A stretch of DNA of 64,000 nt from Phoronis australis (taxonomy: Eukaryota; Animalia; Phoronida), in the NCBI GenBank assembly GCA_002633005.1, contig NMRA01000547.1, forward strand, positions 197,561 through 261,560. Direction: 5' to 3'. Below are positions 55,701 through 63,940 of this stretch, one piece after another (the stretch's first letter is position 1; each line of letters begins with the position of its first letter). Position numbers and translations under genes: made by a program. Below the pieces are notes generated by a model. That model saw nothing but the letters and a program-made list of their open reading frames with translations, did not search any database and was not told the DNA's origin.

Positions 55701-58700
55701 CCGTTCAGGACTTTTGAAGATACAAAGTTAAGCGTAAAAAACTATAATTGCCACTAGGGGGCACACCGGTAGTCGAATTCGTCCGAAAGTTCGCACATGC
55801 CATCCCATTCATAAATGGAACATATGTGTCAAATTTCATGAACGTATGTCAAAGGGTTTTGGAGATAAAGCAGCGGACGCCGGACGGACGCCGCCCGGAC
55901 AGACGGACGGACGGACGGAGATGACGGCATAATGCGTCCACATATAAATATGTGGGCGCATAAAATGTACATATTTTCTAAATCCCGATTGAAAAATCTA
56001 AATCCATGGCATAAAACATACCCACACAATTATTCATGTATTAATCACATGTAGTCTACAAGGATTCAAACAATGGATTAATAGTCCACACAAGAGTATT
56101 TATTTAATGCATTGTTTTCCATCCCAGCTGCCGTGTGACTAAACAGAAGTTGTGACTTCAGTCGCTCGTGGCAATTTACTGGCATGCATCAGTTGTTTAC
56201 CAGAATGTTGCTCACTGATCAGCATACAGATCAATTTTCTTTTACAGTTTGTGTTAAACCCTTGAAACAAGAAAGTCTTAGAGTTGTATCCATGCTAATT
56301 GTTTGCACATTTCCAATATCATATAAAAAACTGATTGGACAAGACATGAAAAATTTTTCCGTGAATGATGTGTGTTCACAACTTGAAATGATAGCAAGTA
56401 TCTGCCCAAAATAGAATGCTTACATCACCAGTCTTCTCTTCATCTTCGTCCACTTCAAACACATGCTCAGGAAGAATGACATTCACCTTGCCAGTCCTGA
56501 AAGTGAACAATTTATGTGATGAATGTAAGCAATGACATGCATTGCACTCCAGTCTTATGTGGAATCAAAAGCTGGAGAAAAGCTGGCAACTAGGGGGCAC
56601 CACAGTAATTGGAACTGCCAAAGAGGCGGACGCCAAAAAACAAACTAAAAATGATAAAATAGCAACTAGATGGTGTAGATTTCGTCAAATCCATCCAAAA
56701 ATGAAAATGCAATGTAGTCTCCTTAATAGAAACTTAATTCCCTAATTTCATGACAATCCAACAGTGAATTCTGAAAATAGAGGCAAACGTAAAAAACGGC
56801 CAACAAGGTGCAAAGCAGTAGTCAGATCTGTTGACAACAGTTGCGTAGAAACACAACTGCCAAATTTCACAGGATCCTGCAAAGGGATAAGGAAATATAA
56901 TGGCGGACGCAAAAAAATCACCACAAGAGTGTGACAAAGTAGTAAGACTAGTCCAAAAATCAACATCAACTGTAGTCAACGGGAACGGGAACAAATCTGC
57001 CCTCTTTCATAATGATGCTTTAAGCAGACTGATGGATAGAGAGGCACTTGGAGCAGCAAGGTAAATCGAATCCATCCGTAAATGAAAAGACACCTGATTA
57101 AAAACGTAATTGCAAATTTCATGAAAATCCATCAATAAATTCTGAAGATAAAGAGGCAAATATATGTCTAGTAGTCATGTCCATCGGACAATTGTCATCA
57201 TTTATTGTCAGCTTCTTAAGAACGAATCTGTCAAATCTCATTCACGTCTTGCAAGAGGTTTGACAGATACAGCAGCGGACACAAGATGCCCAGAGAGGAT
57301 GGCAATATGCATCCACATGATTATTTATGTGACCGCAGTAAGGTCTGTCAGTAAACGGTAACACAATGTTTGGCAGACAACATTCAGCATCAACTACAGT
57401 TCACATGTTATTTTAATTTGTGTGATTTTGCAGCCTTTGTTACAAACTCTTTACAACCGCCAAATCAACAAATTACCATTAGTGCAGTGCGACATTCAGA
57501 GTATTCACACAACAGGACAGACATTGCAACATGTTTGTGAATGAAATAAATTGCCTTTTATCTTTTGTCAACTAGCACCCTCTTGCACACCAGGATGAGA
57601 AATTGGCTGGCAGAACTTAACAGTGGGATGTTAGGTGATAGCACTAATTTTCAATTCGGTGCATCTCTTGCATAATCACTAAATTGCCTGTCTGAACCCA
57701 GTAAAGACAATAAGATCATTTCAGACTGACATGAGAGCTGTACTCACTTCGGCAACTGGAGATATCCATTAGAGTAGTCCTTGTATTTGAAGTTGATCAG
57801 TTGCCAGTCACTGGTGTAGGTGTGAATGCACTCCTTAACAAACAAACTGGTGGCCTCGTTCTCAGCCCCTTCTGGCACAGTGCTAATGCTGGTACGGAAC
57901 TCTCGTGAAGTGGTTGTGGCCTGGCAATAGCCATTTTAACATCAAATGTTAGTACCAATAATTCAAAACAATTCTCTGTGGGTCATTCCTGAGATGCACA
58001 GGTGAGTTGGAGGAGAAAACGCAAGATTGATTTCGAATAGATCTACCTAATCATGGGGGCAGAACTAAACATGGGTGCTTAACCTCGACAGTTACCCGGG
58101 CCACCTTTGACCTTCGTGAACACACCCAAACTTCAAAGAATTCCATTTTCGCTGCAAGATTAATTGTCAACACAAAAGATGAAATGGAGCTATCTATCAA
58201 CGTCTGAATTTGAGTAACTAAGTACGCAATCTGAGAAAGGAGAAAATACAAAATTGCTGAAGATACAATGCTAAATAAATCTAAGGACAACCTCCCTCCT
58301 CTTCTTTATTGTTCAAATTTTGAGCCTCAATCGATTGAAAAACATCCTGTCAAAAAACATTGACTAGGTGTTTTATGCTATGGTATAAATGATAACGGCA
58401 TAGTGCACATTTCATAAGAAAACAAATCCTGTGTCTTGTGTTGTTTATGTAATTATTAGTTTTGCAGGAAAAAAGACTTGAAATAGTTAGATTTCCATTA
58501 TCAGGAGATTCAAGTTAATTTGCTCCCTTGGCTTTGAATTTATCCGAAACATGGAAAAATAGGTCACCCACAAAATGACCTTGCCATGCATACCATTTCA
58601 CCTTTGGAGGTAAACAAGGACAGGATTTGGTTCTTAAAACTGTGAGACTGTGCATTCTTTTGAAAAATAAAGCATAGAATGAAAGTACAGATTGTAACTG

Positions 58701-59678
58701 GGTATGGTCTTTGAAAGCGTGAATTTGAACAACGCAGCCATTTTTATTGCGCTGGGGGGGACAATAATAGAATACACTGATCCCAGTGATGACCACAAAG
58801 TACAGTGACTTGAAATTGATACGGTTTCTGCATTTGAAAGTATGTCTTAGTGTCTTGAAAAAGTTTGGTGAAGTGGGGGCTACAATCCAATCAGTGATTA
58901 TGGCTACAAAAGTAAAGACTTTAAATCAGCAAAAGGGTATATTTTCTGACAGTAGAAACTAGAAAGCCTAAAGAATGATTTTTTACCTTATAACAATCAA
59001 CCAATAATTGGGTCATGTGACCATGTTTTTCATTAAAATCTAGCAAAAACAAAAGGTTCATTTATAGCAAAACAACTTATACATTAATCACAAGTCTGAA
59101 CAAAGTACGTTTGAAACAATCAGCCTGAAAGATTACTACGAATCCAATCAGTCATTTCTGAGACAAGATGTTTCAAATTTAGCCAAATTTGGACATTTTT
59201 CTAGAGACTTACACAACCTTAATTGAAACCAAAAGGCTGTGTGCTTCACCGAGTAATGGCCCTTAATCTGAAACTTTTCAAAAATAAAGGATAAGCATTT
59301 GAATGAACATGGGAGTAAACCTTAATGTTTATATGCGATGACAAACAAAATTGTGGGTGCATAAAAATGCTATAAAAAGTTATAATTATCTTTTACAGCT
59401 AAACATGCATATGGAGTAATTAGTAGGCTGCCCTAAATTATTGCCCAACAGAAACCTCTGGCTACCTCATGGCATTACTCGTCTCATTGAGTCATTCATT
59501 GCTACAAACCATGTTTTTACCACCTGTAAATGAGGCAAATTTATTCTTTTAAAATACTTACTGAAACGTCATCATATGGAAATGTGAGAAGGTCCCGCAT
59601 AGGGTCATTGTGGAGGACGGTTTTATTCTTTACCACAAACGTCTCATAGTCAAGGGGCTCTACGACCATGGGTCTGTG
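1692..59678 (-). CDS. DOCK9: Partial multi-exon gene: DOCK-D family guanine nucleotide exchange factor (DOCK9/10/11, zizimin orthologue); 20 exons in window, both ends outside
   Basis: Twenty GT-AG exons join in frame (2541 nt) and translate to peptides recalled as colinear with vertebrate DOCK9: [18 protein letters not shown] domain, [62 protein letters not shown]. Which vertebrate paralogue is closest cannot be resolved; probably co-orthologous to all three. Confidence 0.93.
2143..2228 (+). pseudogene. tRNA-like unit (tRNA pseudogene or SINE head)
   Basis: GGGTCCTC...GGGGTCCC acceptor-like pairing, A-box-like TTGCTCAGCGG, B-box-like GGTTAGATTCC, followed by TTTTT; stems are mismatched. Confidence 0.6.
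4486..4875 (+). mobile_element. RTE-clade LINE 3' relic (frameshifted C-terminus of RT ORF)
   Basis: ORFs 4486..4776 and 4688..4936: [45 protein letters not shown]...A.D..RW. Confidence 0.88.
4937..6439. mobile_element. Kolobok-like non-autonomous DNA transposon
   Basis: TIRs GGTCACTGCTTACCTTCGTT / AACAAAGGTAGGCAGTGACA, flanked by CTAA and TTAA; internal ~190 bp palindrome at 5158-5347. Confidence 0.6.
7063..7248 (-). CDS. DOCK9: DOCK-D exon 19 (end of DHR-1): [62 protein letters not shown]
   Basis: ttttcag/GTATGT, 186 nt; GPEIK.VDG...[16 protein letters not shown]. Confidence 0.93.
7325..8530 (-). mobile_element. HINE/DINE-1-like element, copy 1 (one end truncated), with CTCF-motif satellite
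   Basis: About 2.5 units of the ~445 bp trimer; motifs at ~7330, 7475, 7617, 7778, 7917, 8062, 8221; terminal hairpin atgcgtccacatat-ga-atatgtgggagcat-aaaaa. Confidence 0.8.
9139..9223 (-). CDS. DOCK9: DOCK-D exon 18: (R)[28 protein letters not shown]
   Basis: tttcag/GTGAGT, 85 nt, phase 2 to 0; VA..L.PGY..Y..G. Confidence 0.88.
9572..9668. repeat. Short tandem repeat, ~33-39 bp x3
   Basis: catgtcatatacctcttgttaacaagac repeated three times with small variants. Confidence 0.8.
10939..11111 (-). CDS. DOCK9: DOCK-D exon 17 (DHR-1): [25 protein letters not shown]...[12 protein letters not shown]
   Basis: ttacag/GTTGGT, 173 nt; [11 protein letters not shown] and GYAWLPLL. Confidence 0.93.
13215..13506 (-). 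mobile_element. DIRS1-type tyrosine-recombinase retrotransposon termini (right ITR + extension, part of ICR, gap, left terminus)
   Basis: 13215-13299 is the inverse of 13383-13466; an N at 13467 precedes a slightly different inverted terminus catggtagtactcgggggaattctgggaggaataaaatt; identical ends recur at 52354-52648. Confidence 0.7.
13802..13894 (-). CDS. DOCK9: DOCK-D exon 16 (DHR-1): [31 protein letters not shown]
   Basis: tttgcag/GTAATA, 93 nt; CIYG.PG...LHH...PEFY.E. Confidence 0.93.
13990..15660 (+). mobile_element. CR1-group LINE relic (APE endonuclease and linker), interrupted by insertions
   Basis: Degenerate motifs [39 protein letters not shown]. Confidence 0.75.
14084..14516. 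mobile_element. MITE with ~50 bp TIRs inserted in the CR1 relic
   Basis: gttgcatgaaacagtcccaaatagagactcaactaagttccctaa vs ttagggacctcagttgagtccctatttgggactgtttcatgtaat. Confidence 0.8.
15670..16560 (-). mobile_element. Penelope-like element 3' relic (RT thumb + GIY-YIG endonuclease)
   Basis: ORFs 16280..16477 and 15928..16308: [29 protein letters not shown]....RVKEH....SAV..H...GH; 20 bp tandem repeat at ~15796-15842. Confidence 0.9.
17481..17546 (-). CDS. DOCK9: DOCK-D exon 15 (DHR-1): [22 protein letters not shown]
   Basis: tttacag/GTAAGA, 66 nt; ARNI.IC.E.KDSDEE...PL. Confidence 0.93.
17761..18560. mobile_element. Foldback/MITE with ~200 bp terminal inverted repeats
   Basis: 17761-17958 is the near-exact inverse of 18361-18560; no clear TSD seen. 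Confidence 0.8.
19022..20190 (-). mobile_element. L2/Crack-like LINE, 5'-truncated (RT C-terminus + 3' UTR)
   Basis: ORFs 19934..20188 (YADDT) and 19337..19918 share a frame, separated by one stop; LY.SIIQPH.DYC..VWG, Q.IQN.AAR.I; (TAA)n-like tail. Confidence 0.9.
21078..21268 (-). CDS. DOCK9: DOCK-D exon 14 (start of DHR-1/C2): [12 protein letters not shown]...[22 protein letters not shown]
   Basis: ttgcag acceptor; in-frame donor GTTCGT; 191 nt; [15 protein letters not shown]. Confidence 0.92.
21295..23035 (-). mobile_element. RTEX/L2-group LINE relic
   Basis: Minus-strand fragments [26 protein letters not shown] and C-terminal [15 protein letters not shown]; AT-rich tail near 21300. Confidence 0.75.
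23143..24725. repeat. Second, degenerate HINE-like satellite family (two patches: ~23143-23470 and ~24060-24725)
   Basis: Recurrent ~150 bp units with tgaccttgaaaa..aaggtcaccaa..aactgg.gcct.gag...cctacacct; starts with acaagcacaggg. Confidence 0.55.
24912..24991 (-). CDS. DOCK9: DOCK-D exon 13: [26 protein letters not shown]
   Basis: cctag/GTAAGT, 80 nt, phase 2 to 1; PEK..K..V..G.L. Confidence 0.88.
25100..26660. repeat. Unclassified repeat element with internal ~310 bp duplication and (CAT)n tract
   Basis: 26070-26160 resembles 26380-26470; catcat microsatellite at ~26535-26600. Confidence 0.45.
26661..28125 (-). mobile_element. HINE/DINE-1-like element, copy 2, with ~10 CTCF-like motifs
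   Basis: Starts aacaagagcaacgcagagcattgaaatgcgcccac; three trimer units; other end truncated. Confidence 0.82.
29046..29162 (-). CDS. DOCK9: DOCK-D exon 12: [38 protein letters not shown]
   Basis: tttcag/GTAGTA, 117 nt, phase 2 to 2; YRQES.RLSDEDL.K.L.DYR. Confidence 0.92.
29431..30308 (-). mobile_element. HINE/DINE-1-like element, copy 3, with ~6 CTCF-like motifs
   Basis: Starts aacacgagcaacgtcgagcgttgaaatgcgcccac; two trimer units; truncated. Confidence 0.8.
30359..30475. repeat. ~117 bp near-perfect palindrome
   Basis: tcctacacgagtctcaggtttatgacatgggcaaaacctcctggaaattt...aaatttccaagaggttttgcccatgtcgtaaatcttgagacgagagtagga. Confidence 0.85.
31485..31889 (-). mobile_element. Second 3' fragment of the same L2/Crack-like LINE
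   Basis: Near-identical to 19030-19440 (aaatgagggtggcctcttcagtga.agcactgctttccaagagggccctc...). Confidence 0.9.
33281..33483 (-). CDS. DOCK9: DOCK-D exon 11: [35 protein letters not shown]...RMPFAWAAR
   Basis: ttctag/GTAAGT, 203 nt; strongly conserved DOCK-C/D motif; overlaps ORF 33277..33471. Confidence 0.95.
34493..39126. mobile_element. 4.6 kb composite hAT-like non-autonomous element with 5-bp TSD (GAAAC)
   Basis: TIR CAGGGCTCGAC / GTCGAGCCCTG; subterminal (ca)ggtcgca repeats at both ends; GAAAC at 34488-34492 and 39127-39131. Confidence 0.75.
36095..37756. mobile_element. Kolobok-like element nested in the hAT-like element
   Basis: TTAA TSD both sides; TIR AGGAGAATGCCACCCAA / TTGGGTGGCATGCTCCT; relic ORF 36483..36665 (-) with YQF..EYSDEE. 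Confidence 0.8.
39405..39623 (-). CDS. DOCK9: DOCK-D exon 10: [37 protein letters not shown]...WLMFPKA
   Basis: ttttcag/GTGAGT, 219 nt; EPFF..LALYD....KISEDFH. Confidence 0.93.
40337..40492 (-). CDS. DOCK9: DOCK-D exon 9: [52 protein letters not shown]
   Basis: ttttgtag/GTATTG, 156 nt; G.R..V.C..L...LQ..V.E motif. Confidence 0.87.
41203..43539. mobile_element. 2.3 kb hAT-like non-autonomous element with 5-bp TSD (TAAAT)
   Basis: TIR CAGGGCTGTAGGAAG / CTTCCTACGGGCCTG; TAAAT on both sides; G/C-rich subterminal runs. Confidence 0.7.
42440..42695 (-). pseudogene. THAP zinc-finger relic (transposase N-terminus), frameshifted
   Basis: [13 protein letters not shown] / [16 protein letters not shown] / GKHFQPSDY / QRLKKG follows the C2CH THAP pattern across frames. 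Confidence 0.78.
44350..44433 (-). CDS. DOCK9: DOCK-D exon 8: [28 protein letters not shown]
   Basis: attcag/GTAAGT, 84 nt; Y.RET......R...R..LF..YP. Confidence 0.9.
44730..45450 (+). mobile_element. Second Penelope-like relic
   Basis: [73 protein letters not shown]. Confidence 0.85.
46036..46109 (-). CDS. DOCK9: DOCK-D exon 7: [25 protein letters not shown]
   Basis: tttcag/GTTTGT, 74 nt, phase 1 to 0 fits neighbours; PEL.K motif. Confidence 0.82.
47249..48028 (-). mobile_element. Solo LTR (780 bp) inserted in HINE copy 4
   Basis: TGTCA...TGACA termini; minus-strand TATAAATA (~47685-47692) and AATAAA (~47350); host repeat resumes on both sides; imperfect 5-bp TSD gactc/gagta; internal ~21 bp and ~57 bp tandem repeats. 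Confidence 0.75.
49082..50717 (-). mobile_element. HINE/DINE-1-like element, copy 5 (complete), nested in an A-run of copy 4
   Basis: aacaagagcaatgcggagccttgaagtgcgcccac ... atgcacccacaaataaatatgtggacgcataaa; host gtaaacgtaa/aaaataaagctgtcactagggggcac is contiguous if it is removed. Confidence 0.82.
50899..51191. mobile_element. MITE with TTA TSD (PIF/Harbinger-like)
   Basis: tta|GGCAAAAAAGCATAATTGG ... CCAACTATGCTTTTTTGGCC|tta. Confidence 0.7.
51500..51659 (-). CDS. DOCK9: DOCK-D exon 6 (PH C-terminus): [53 protein letters not shown]
   Basis: ccacag/GTGGGA, 160 nt; AFE..MQDKS...EEWI.T.NK.LQ PH helix; lies in ORF 51402..51701. Confidence 0.92.
52354..52648 (-). mobile_element. Second DIRS1-type terminus pair, joined across an N gap
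   Basis: First ~160 bp appear identical to 13215-13374; N at 52514; 52579-52648 is an imperfect inverse of the left arm. Confidence 0.7.
52866..52997 (-). CDS. DOCK9: DOCK-D exon 5 (PH): [44 protein letters not shown]
   Basis: gtgcag/GTAACA, 132 nt; KKR..L...D..Y.L.F.KD..K...KG.I.LDS. Confidence 0.93.
53367..53471 (-). CDS. DOCK9: DOCK-D exon 4 (start of PH domain): [35 protein letters not shown]
   Basis: ttttgcag/GTAAAG, 105 nt; ITK.GW.Y.G PH strand 1. Confidence 0.9.
53975..55965 (-). mobile_element. HINE/DINE-1-like element, copy 6 (complete, most homogeneous array; ~12 motifs)
   Basis: Hairpin CAACGC-AGA-GCGTTG plus subTIR ATGCGCCCAC at left; 450-452 bp period (54704, 55154, 55606); (GGAC)n microsatellite at ~55875-55920; hairpin/subTIR atgcgtccacatat-aa-atatgtgggcgcat-aaaa at right. 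Confidence 0.88.
56424..56496 (-). CDS. DOCK9: DOCK-D exon 3: (K)[24 protein letters not shown]
   Basis: tttcag/GTAAGC, 73 nt; LP.HVFEVDE motif. Confidence 0.9.
56575..57340 (-). mobile_element. Old, diverged HINE copy 7
   Basis: ggcaactagggggcac, gcaactagatggtg, gatacagcagcggac, atatgcatccacatg...atgtgaccgca end. Confidence 0.65.
57748..57920 (-). CDS. DOCK9: DOCK-D exon 2: [57 protein letters not shown]
   Basis: AG/GTGAGT, 173 nt, phase 0 to 2; STVP...SLFV.ECI.TY.SDW motif. Confidence 0.93.
59562..59678 (-). CDS. DOCK9: DOCK-D exon 1 of window: [39 protein letters not shown]
   Basis: tttacag acceptor, GTAAGT donor, 117 nt; EPLDYE...FPYDD N-terminal DOCK motif. Confidence 0.93.
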
Positions 59679-61289
59679 CTGTAAACAGAAAAAAGGAGGT
59701 TAGGCCAACTAGTTAGCTATAATTTCTAATTTAAAAATGTTTCCCATCGAGTGACCAAATGTTCGTCAGGAGTACATACTCAAAATGTCTATTACATAAA
59801 ATGCATCGTTCGCTCAAACTCTGTCTCCCCCCCCTCCACTACAGACCTTCCTTGTGCTTGTTTCGGCACCGCCATGGTCCCAGGTTATGCACTGGCCCCC
59901 TATTAAGATTTGAGGGGTTGTATTTTTTTCCTCGCGTGTCGTTTATTCGCAGACGCGGAGGTAGGGTGGCCAGTTTCGTACTGGCCTTGATGACGTCAGT
60001 CCATTGACTTAATTTCACTCACTCCGGCTACCATCGTGTGTATACTTCTTCAGGCCTGTCGCTGTCAAAATTAATGATGTCATAAAAAACTATTAAACGT
60101 TTCCTTGAGTAAACTTAATAATTTATCCATGTTGAAAAAGTTGGCGTTCTACCGTTTTTTTGCTGCTGGTAGACTCTTTTGGGTCGACTTTTGGCGCCAT
60201 TGTGTCACCTATTGGCCAAGATTCAATCAACTGTTCATCCCTGATTGAAGCTTTAAAATAAAACAGTCTCTTCAAGAAATGTCCTTGTCTCTTGCGATCT
60301 TGATACTGGTCGCTGTCGAGTGTGTGTCTCGTATCAGCGACAATAGGCTGTTTAATGTGGTACAAAATACGTGGAAAAGTAACAGCATATATTAGCTTGA
60401 TCTTTTCGTATCAAGCAATATTCAAATTCATCGAAAATTTTATATAAGAAACTAAATTCTCAAAACAATTAGCCTTGAAATCCTGCAACCTGTAGTTGCC
60501 ACCATTTTTAATAGACTTGGTCATCTTTCGAGAAGATCGAAAATTCAATAGCAACACAACGTTGTAAACGAAGTCTCAACTGCCTGAAAACATACTGAAT
60601 TATAAGGATTCGTATTCTCAATTTAACGTTTTACATTCAATTATAAAATATATTCTGATACAAGCCGTCAGGTATCAGAATTCTGAAACAGGAATGACCC
60701 AAATCAGAATATTCTGATTTTGGCTGGATTTCCGATTCAGGCTGGAACAGTAACACGAAACGTCAAAGTGCACACTGCAAATCTCGTAGCCAACTACTAC
60801 AATCATGTGTTGAGCTCTTTTAGGATCCCAAATTTCAAACAGCCCAAGTAGTTCTGCTAGTCACTTCATCATGAAACTTATATCAACATGTAGCGTCATC
60901 AACCAGCGGGGCTGCACGCAAAATCTGGGAGTCAACTGACACTCACCTTGCCCGTTCCAGCTATTTAATTAAAAAACAATCAAATAAGTAACATTTTTCA
61001 TAAATTTCCGTCTTTTGTAACAAAGAAAAGTAGTCTGTTGTCGTTTTGGAAACAGTACGCTCGTAACAAGCACATGTGAAATTTTCTAAAATTTTGCGAC
61101 AATCCCTCAGGAGATGGTGACAGATTCACAGCAGCAAAATTGGTCTTGAAATTCGATTTGCTGGAATTAAAATACCAGAAACTTGTAACGAAATGAAACC
61201 AGTTCCAATAGTTCGTTGTGACATGTACGCAACCTCATGGAAGAGAAAAACAGTTGATTGAAGAATCGGAGAACAGAAACTAGCCAGAA

Positions 61290-61450
61290 ACTAGGTGACA
61301 TCGCCAAGAGCCGACCCAAAAGAGCGCACCACAGTTTCAGCAACACATGAGTGGTAGAACGCCAATTTTCCCAACACGGGTAAATAATTCGGTTTACTAA
61401 AAAAAAGCGGTGTAGCTTTTAATGACACTAAAATTGTGTCAGATTTTACT
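61290..61450 (+). repeat. Diverged dispersed repeat shared with ~570-730
   Basis: ccaattttcccaacacgggtaaataatt...ttttaatgacactaaaattgtgtc vs tcaatttttccaagaacggtaaataatt...ttttaatgacattaattttgtgtc. Confidence 0.6.
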
Positions 61451-61869
61451 TGAAAGCCAGTAGTAAGCTACAAAATTGCACAACTAAGTAACATGGCAAA
61501 TTTCATTTCTCAATTCAAGTATTTACTAATAACTAGAAATTTCAAATGCATAGCTCATAAATATTTGGTATCATGAAGCAATATTAAGGCAGTGATAGAT
61601 TATTCATTGTGAGCTACGCCTTAGAGTTCAGCACAAAATAGGGGCTCCCATTTCATTGCTACGACCGCCCCTCAATGGGTTTTTTAATGGGCGGGGCAGT
61701 ACAGTATAGAAACATGGTGACTGGGGGTGGGTGTTATTGCGGCAACAAGGAGTGAAGGTGTTTGGCTATCCAGGAGGAATTGTGACAACTGGCATCCCCG
61801 CTTTTCATATGTTAGGGGTCCCTGAACAAACATAATCCTCCAGCACTGCATTACACACTTGAAAAGGCA

Positions 61870-63468
61870 AACAAGAGCAACGCAGAGCGTTGAAATGTGC
61901 CCACGAATGCATTGCAAATGGTGTGATTTCAGGGTTATTTATTTTTATCATAAAAATGGACACTAGATGGTGCAAAAATGTACAATCCATCCAAAAACAG
62001 GAACATGCCATATTTCATAAAAATCTGTCAAGGAACTTCAGTGAAACAAATTTAAAGAAAACAGAATAAAATGAGAAATTGCCACTAGTAGGCACAGCGT
62101 GTGTTGGATTCGAATGAAAGCTTTCATATAAATACACTTACAAAATTTAATAAAGATCCTGCAGTGGATTTAGGAGATACAACTATGGGCACAAAACAAA
62201 ACAAAACTACCACTAGGAGGCGCCACAGTAGTTAGTTGCCATCATCAAACGTCCTCTTCACACTGAGAACATACACGCCAAGTTTCAAAACCATCCCTAG
62301 AATGATTTGGTTGATACAGGGGTAGACGCCAAAACCAAGCTCTGAAAACAGAAAAATGGCCACTAGGTGGCGCAAAATACCTCGATTCCATCCAAAAACA
62401 GGAAAATAGTGTCATCTCACCAATAGATGCCTACATTTAAACTTTTTTGAAAATCTGTTGAGGACCTTTGAACATACAGAGTTAAACGTAAAACTTAAAA
62501 TTGCCACTAGGGGGCACAGCAGTCGTCGTCGTCGTCGTCGTTCGTAGTCAACATCATATAAATACACTTGCTAAATTAAGTAAAGATCCTGCAAACAGTT
62601 TGGGAGATACAGCCATGAGCGCAAAAAACAAAACTGCCACTAGGAGGCGCCCCAGCAGACGAAGTCATCAGAAAATCATCGTCAGCCGTCCACTTCATAG
62701 TAAAAACATACATGCCAATTTTCATAATTATCCTGAAAACGGTTAGGAACTTGATAGATGAGTGGACACCAAAAAACAGACTCGAAAACAGTAAAAATGG
62801 CCACTAGGTGGTGCAAACAAGATCGAATCCATCTGAAAACGGAGCGATACCATCATATCATTAACAGATGCCAGTGTGCCAAATTTTATGAAAATATGTT
62901 GAAGACCTTCGAAGATACAGAGGTAAACGTAAACAAATAAAATTGCCACTAGATGGCACTCCAGTAATTAGATCTGTTCAAAAGTCATCGTCGTCTGTTG
63001 TTAACATCATGTATATATACTTACGAAATTTCGTAAAGATCCTGCTAACCGTTTAGGAGACACAGCCATAGGCACAAAAAAACAAAACTGCCACTAGGAG
63101 GCGCCACAGTAGTCGAAACCATCGGAAAATCATCGACGGACGTGAACTTCATAATAAGAACATCCTTTGAGCGGTTTGGCTGATAGAGGGGTGGATGCAA
63201 AAAAACAGACTTGAAAACAGTAAAAACGGCCACTAGGTGGCGCAAACTACGTTGAATCCATCCGAAAACGAGAGAATCACGTCATCTGAATAATAGGTGC
63301 CTACATACCAAATTTCATTAAAATCTGTTAAGGATTTTTGAAGATACAGAGGTAAGCGTAAAAACTAAAATTGCCACTAGGTGGCACACCGGTTGTCGGA
63401 GCCGGAAGGATGGTTGGACGGAGATGACTGCATAATGCGTCCATATATAAATATGTGGGCGCATAAAA
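61870..63468 (-). mobile_element. HINE/DINE-1-like element, copy 8 (complete; ~11 motifs)
   Basis: aacaagagcaacgcagagcgttgaaatgtgcccac ... atgcgtccatatataaatatgtgggcgcataaaa. Confidence 0.86.
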
Positions 63469-63940
63469 CTCGCACTTGTAGGGAAGCTTTCCACTAGAAT
63501 ACAGCACAGTGGCAAAGAATCCGAAAGGATACTAAACCAAGGTTTATCTGGTTACTAATAATAGATTATAACAAGATCACTTGAACTTCAGTAGGACAAG
63601 TCTGTGTATTTAGCTTGTATCATTCTAGAAAACTATAGGTTTTAACTCCGAAAAAGTATATATTTTATGAAAGAAAGACTAAAATTTTGATTATTACCTT
63701 AATACCAATCTGCCAATAATAGGGTTATGTGACAAAATAAAGCAACAAAGAAACGCACACTCATAGCAAAACAACAGAGTATAAATAACATGACCAACAT
63801 TCATTTGGTATAAATGTTCATGATACAATTTCAAATATGCTGTAACAGTTTTCTAAATCATCATTCCATTTTTGTTTCATGGAACTTTTGAGTTTCTCCA
63901 AAAAAATCATAGAAGTTCCTTTTTGATATACCTTTTTGCA

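Noticed and set aside
54500-55790. CRISPR-like appearance of a short motif at regular spacing
   Set aside because: The spacers are themselves repeated with 450 bp periodicity, are far too long, and the context is a eukaryotic intron with no cas genes.
59700-60480. CpG-richer segment upstream of exon 1 as an alternative promoter or first exon (ORF 60123..60365)
   Set aside because: Ends resemble a GGCCAA-type MITE and no in-frame donor linking to exon 1 was found.
60947-60960. 14-nt AG...AAG|GTGAGT microexon candidate upstream of exon 1
   Set aside because: Frame-breaking, poor acceptor and lies next to a dispersed repeat.
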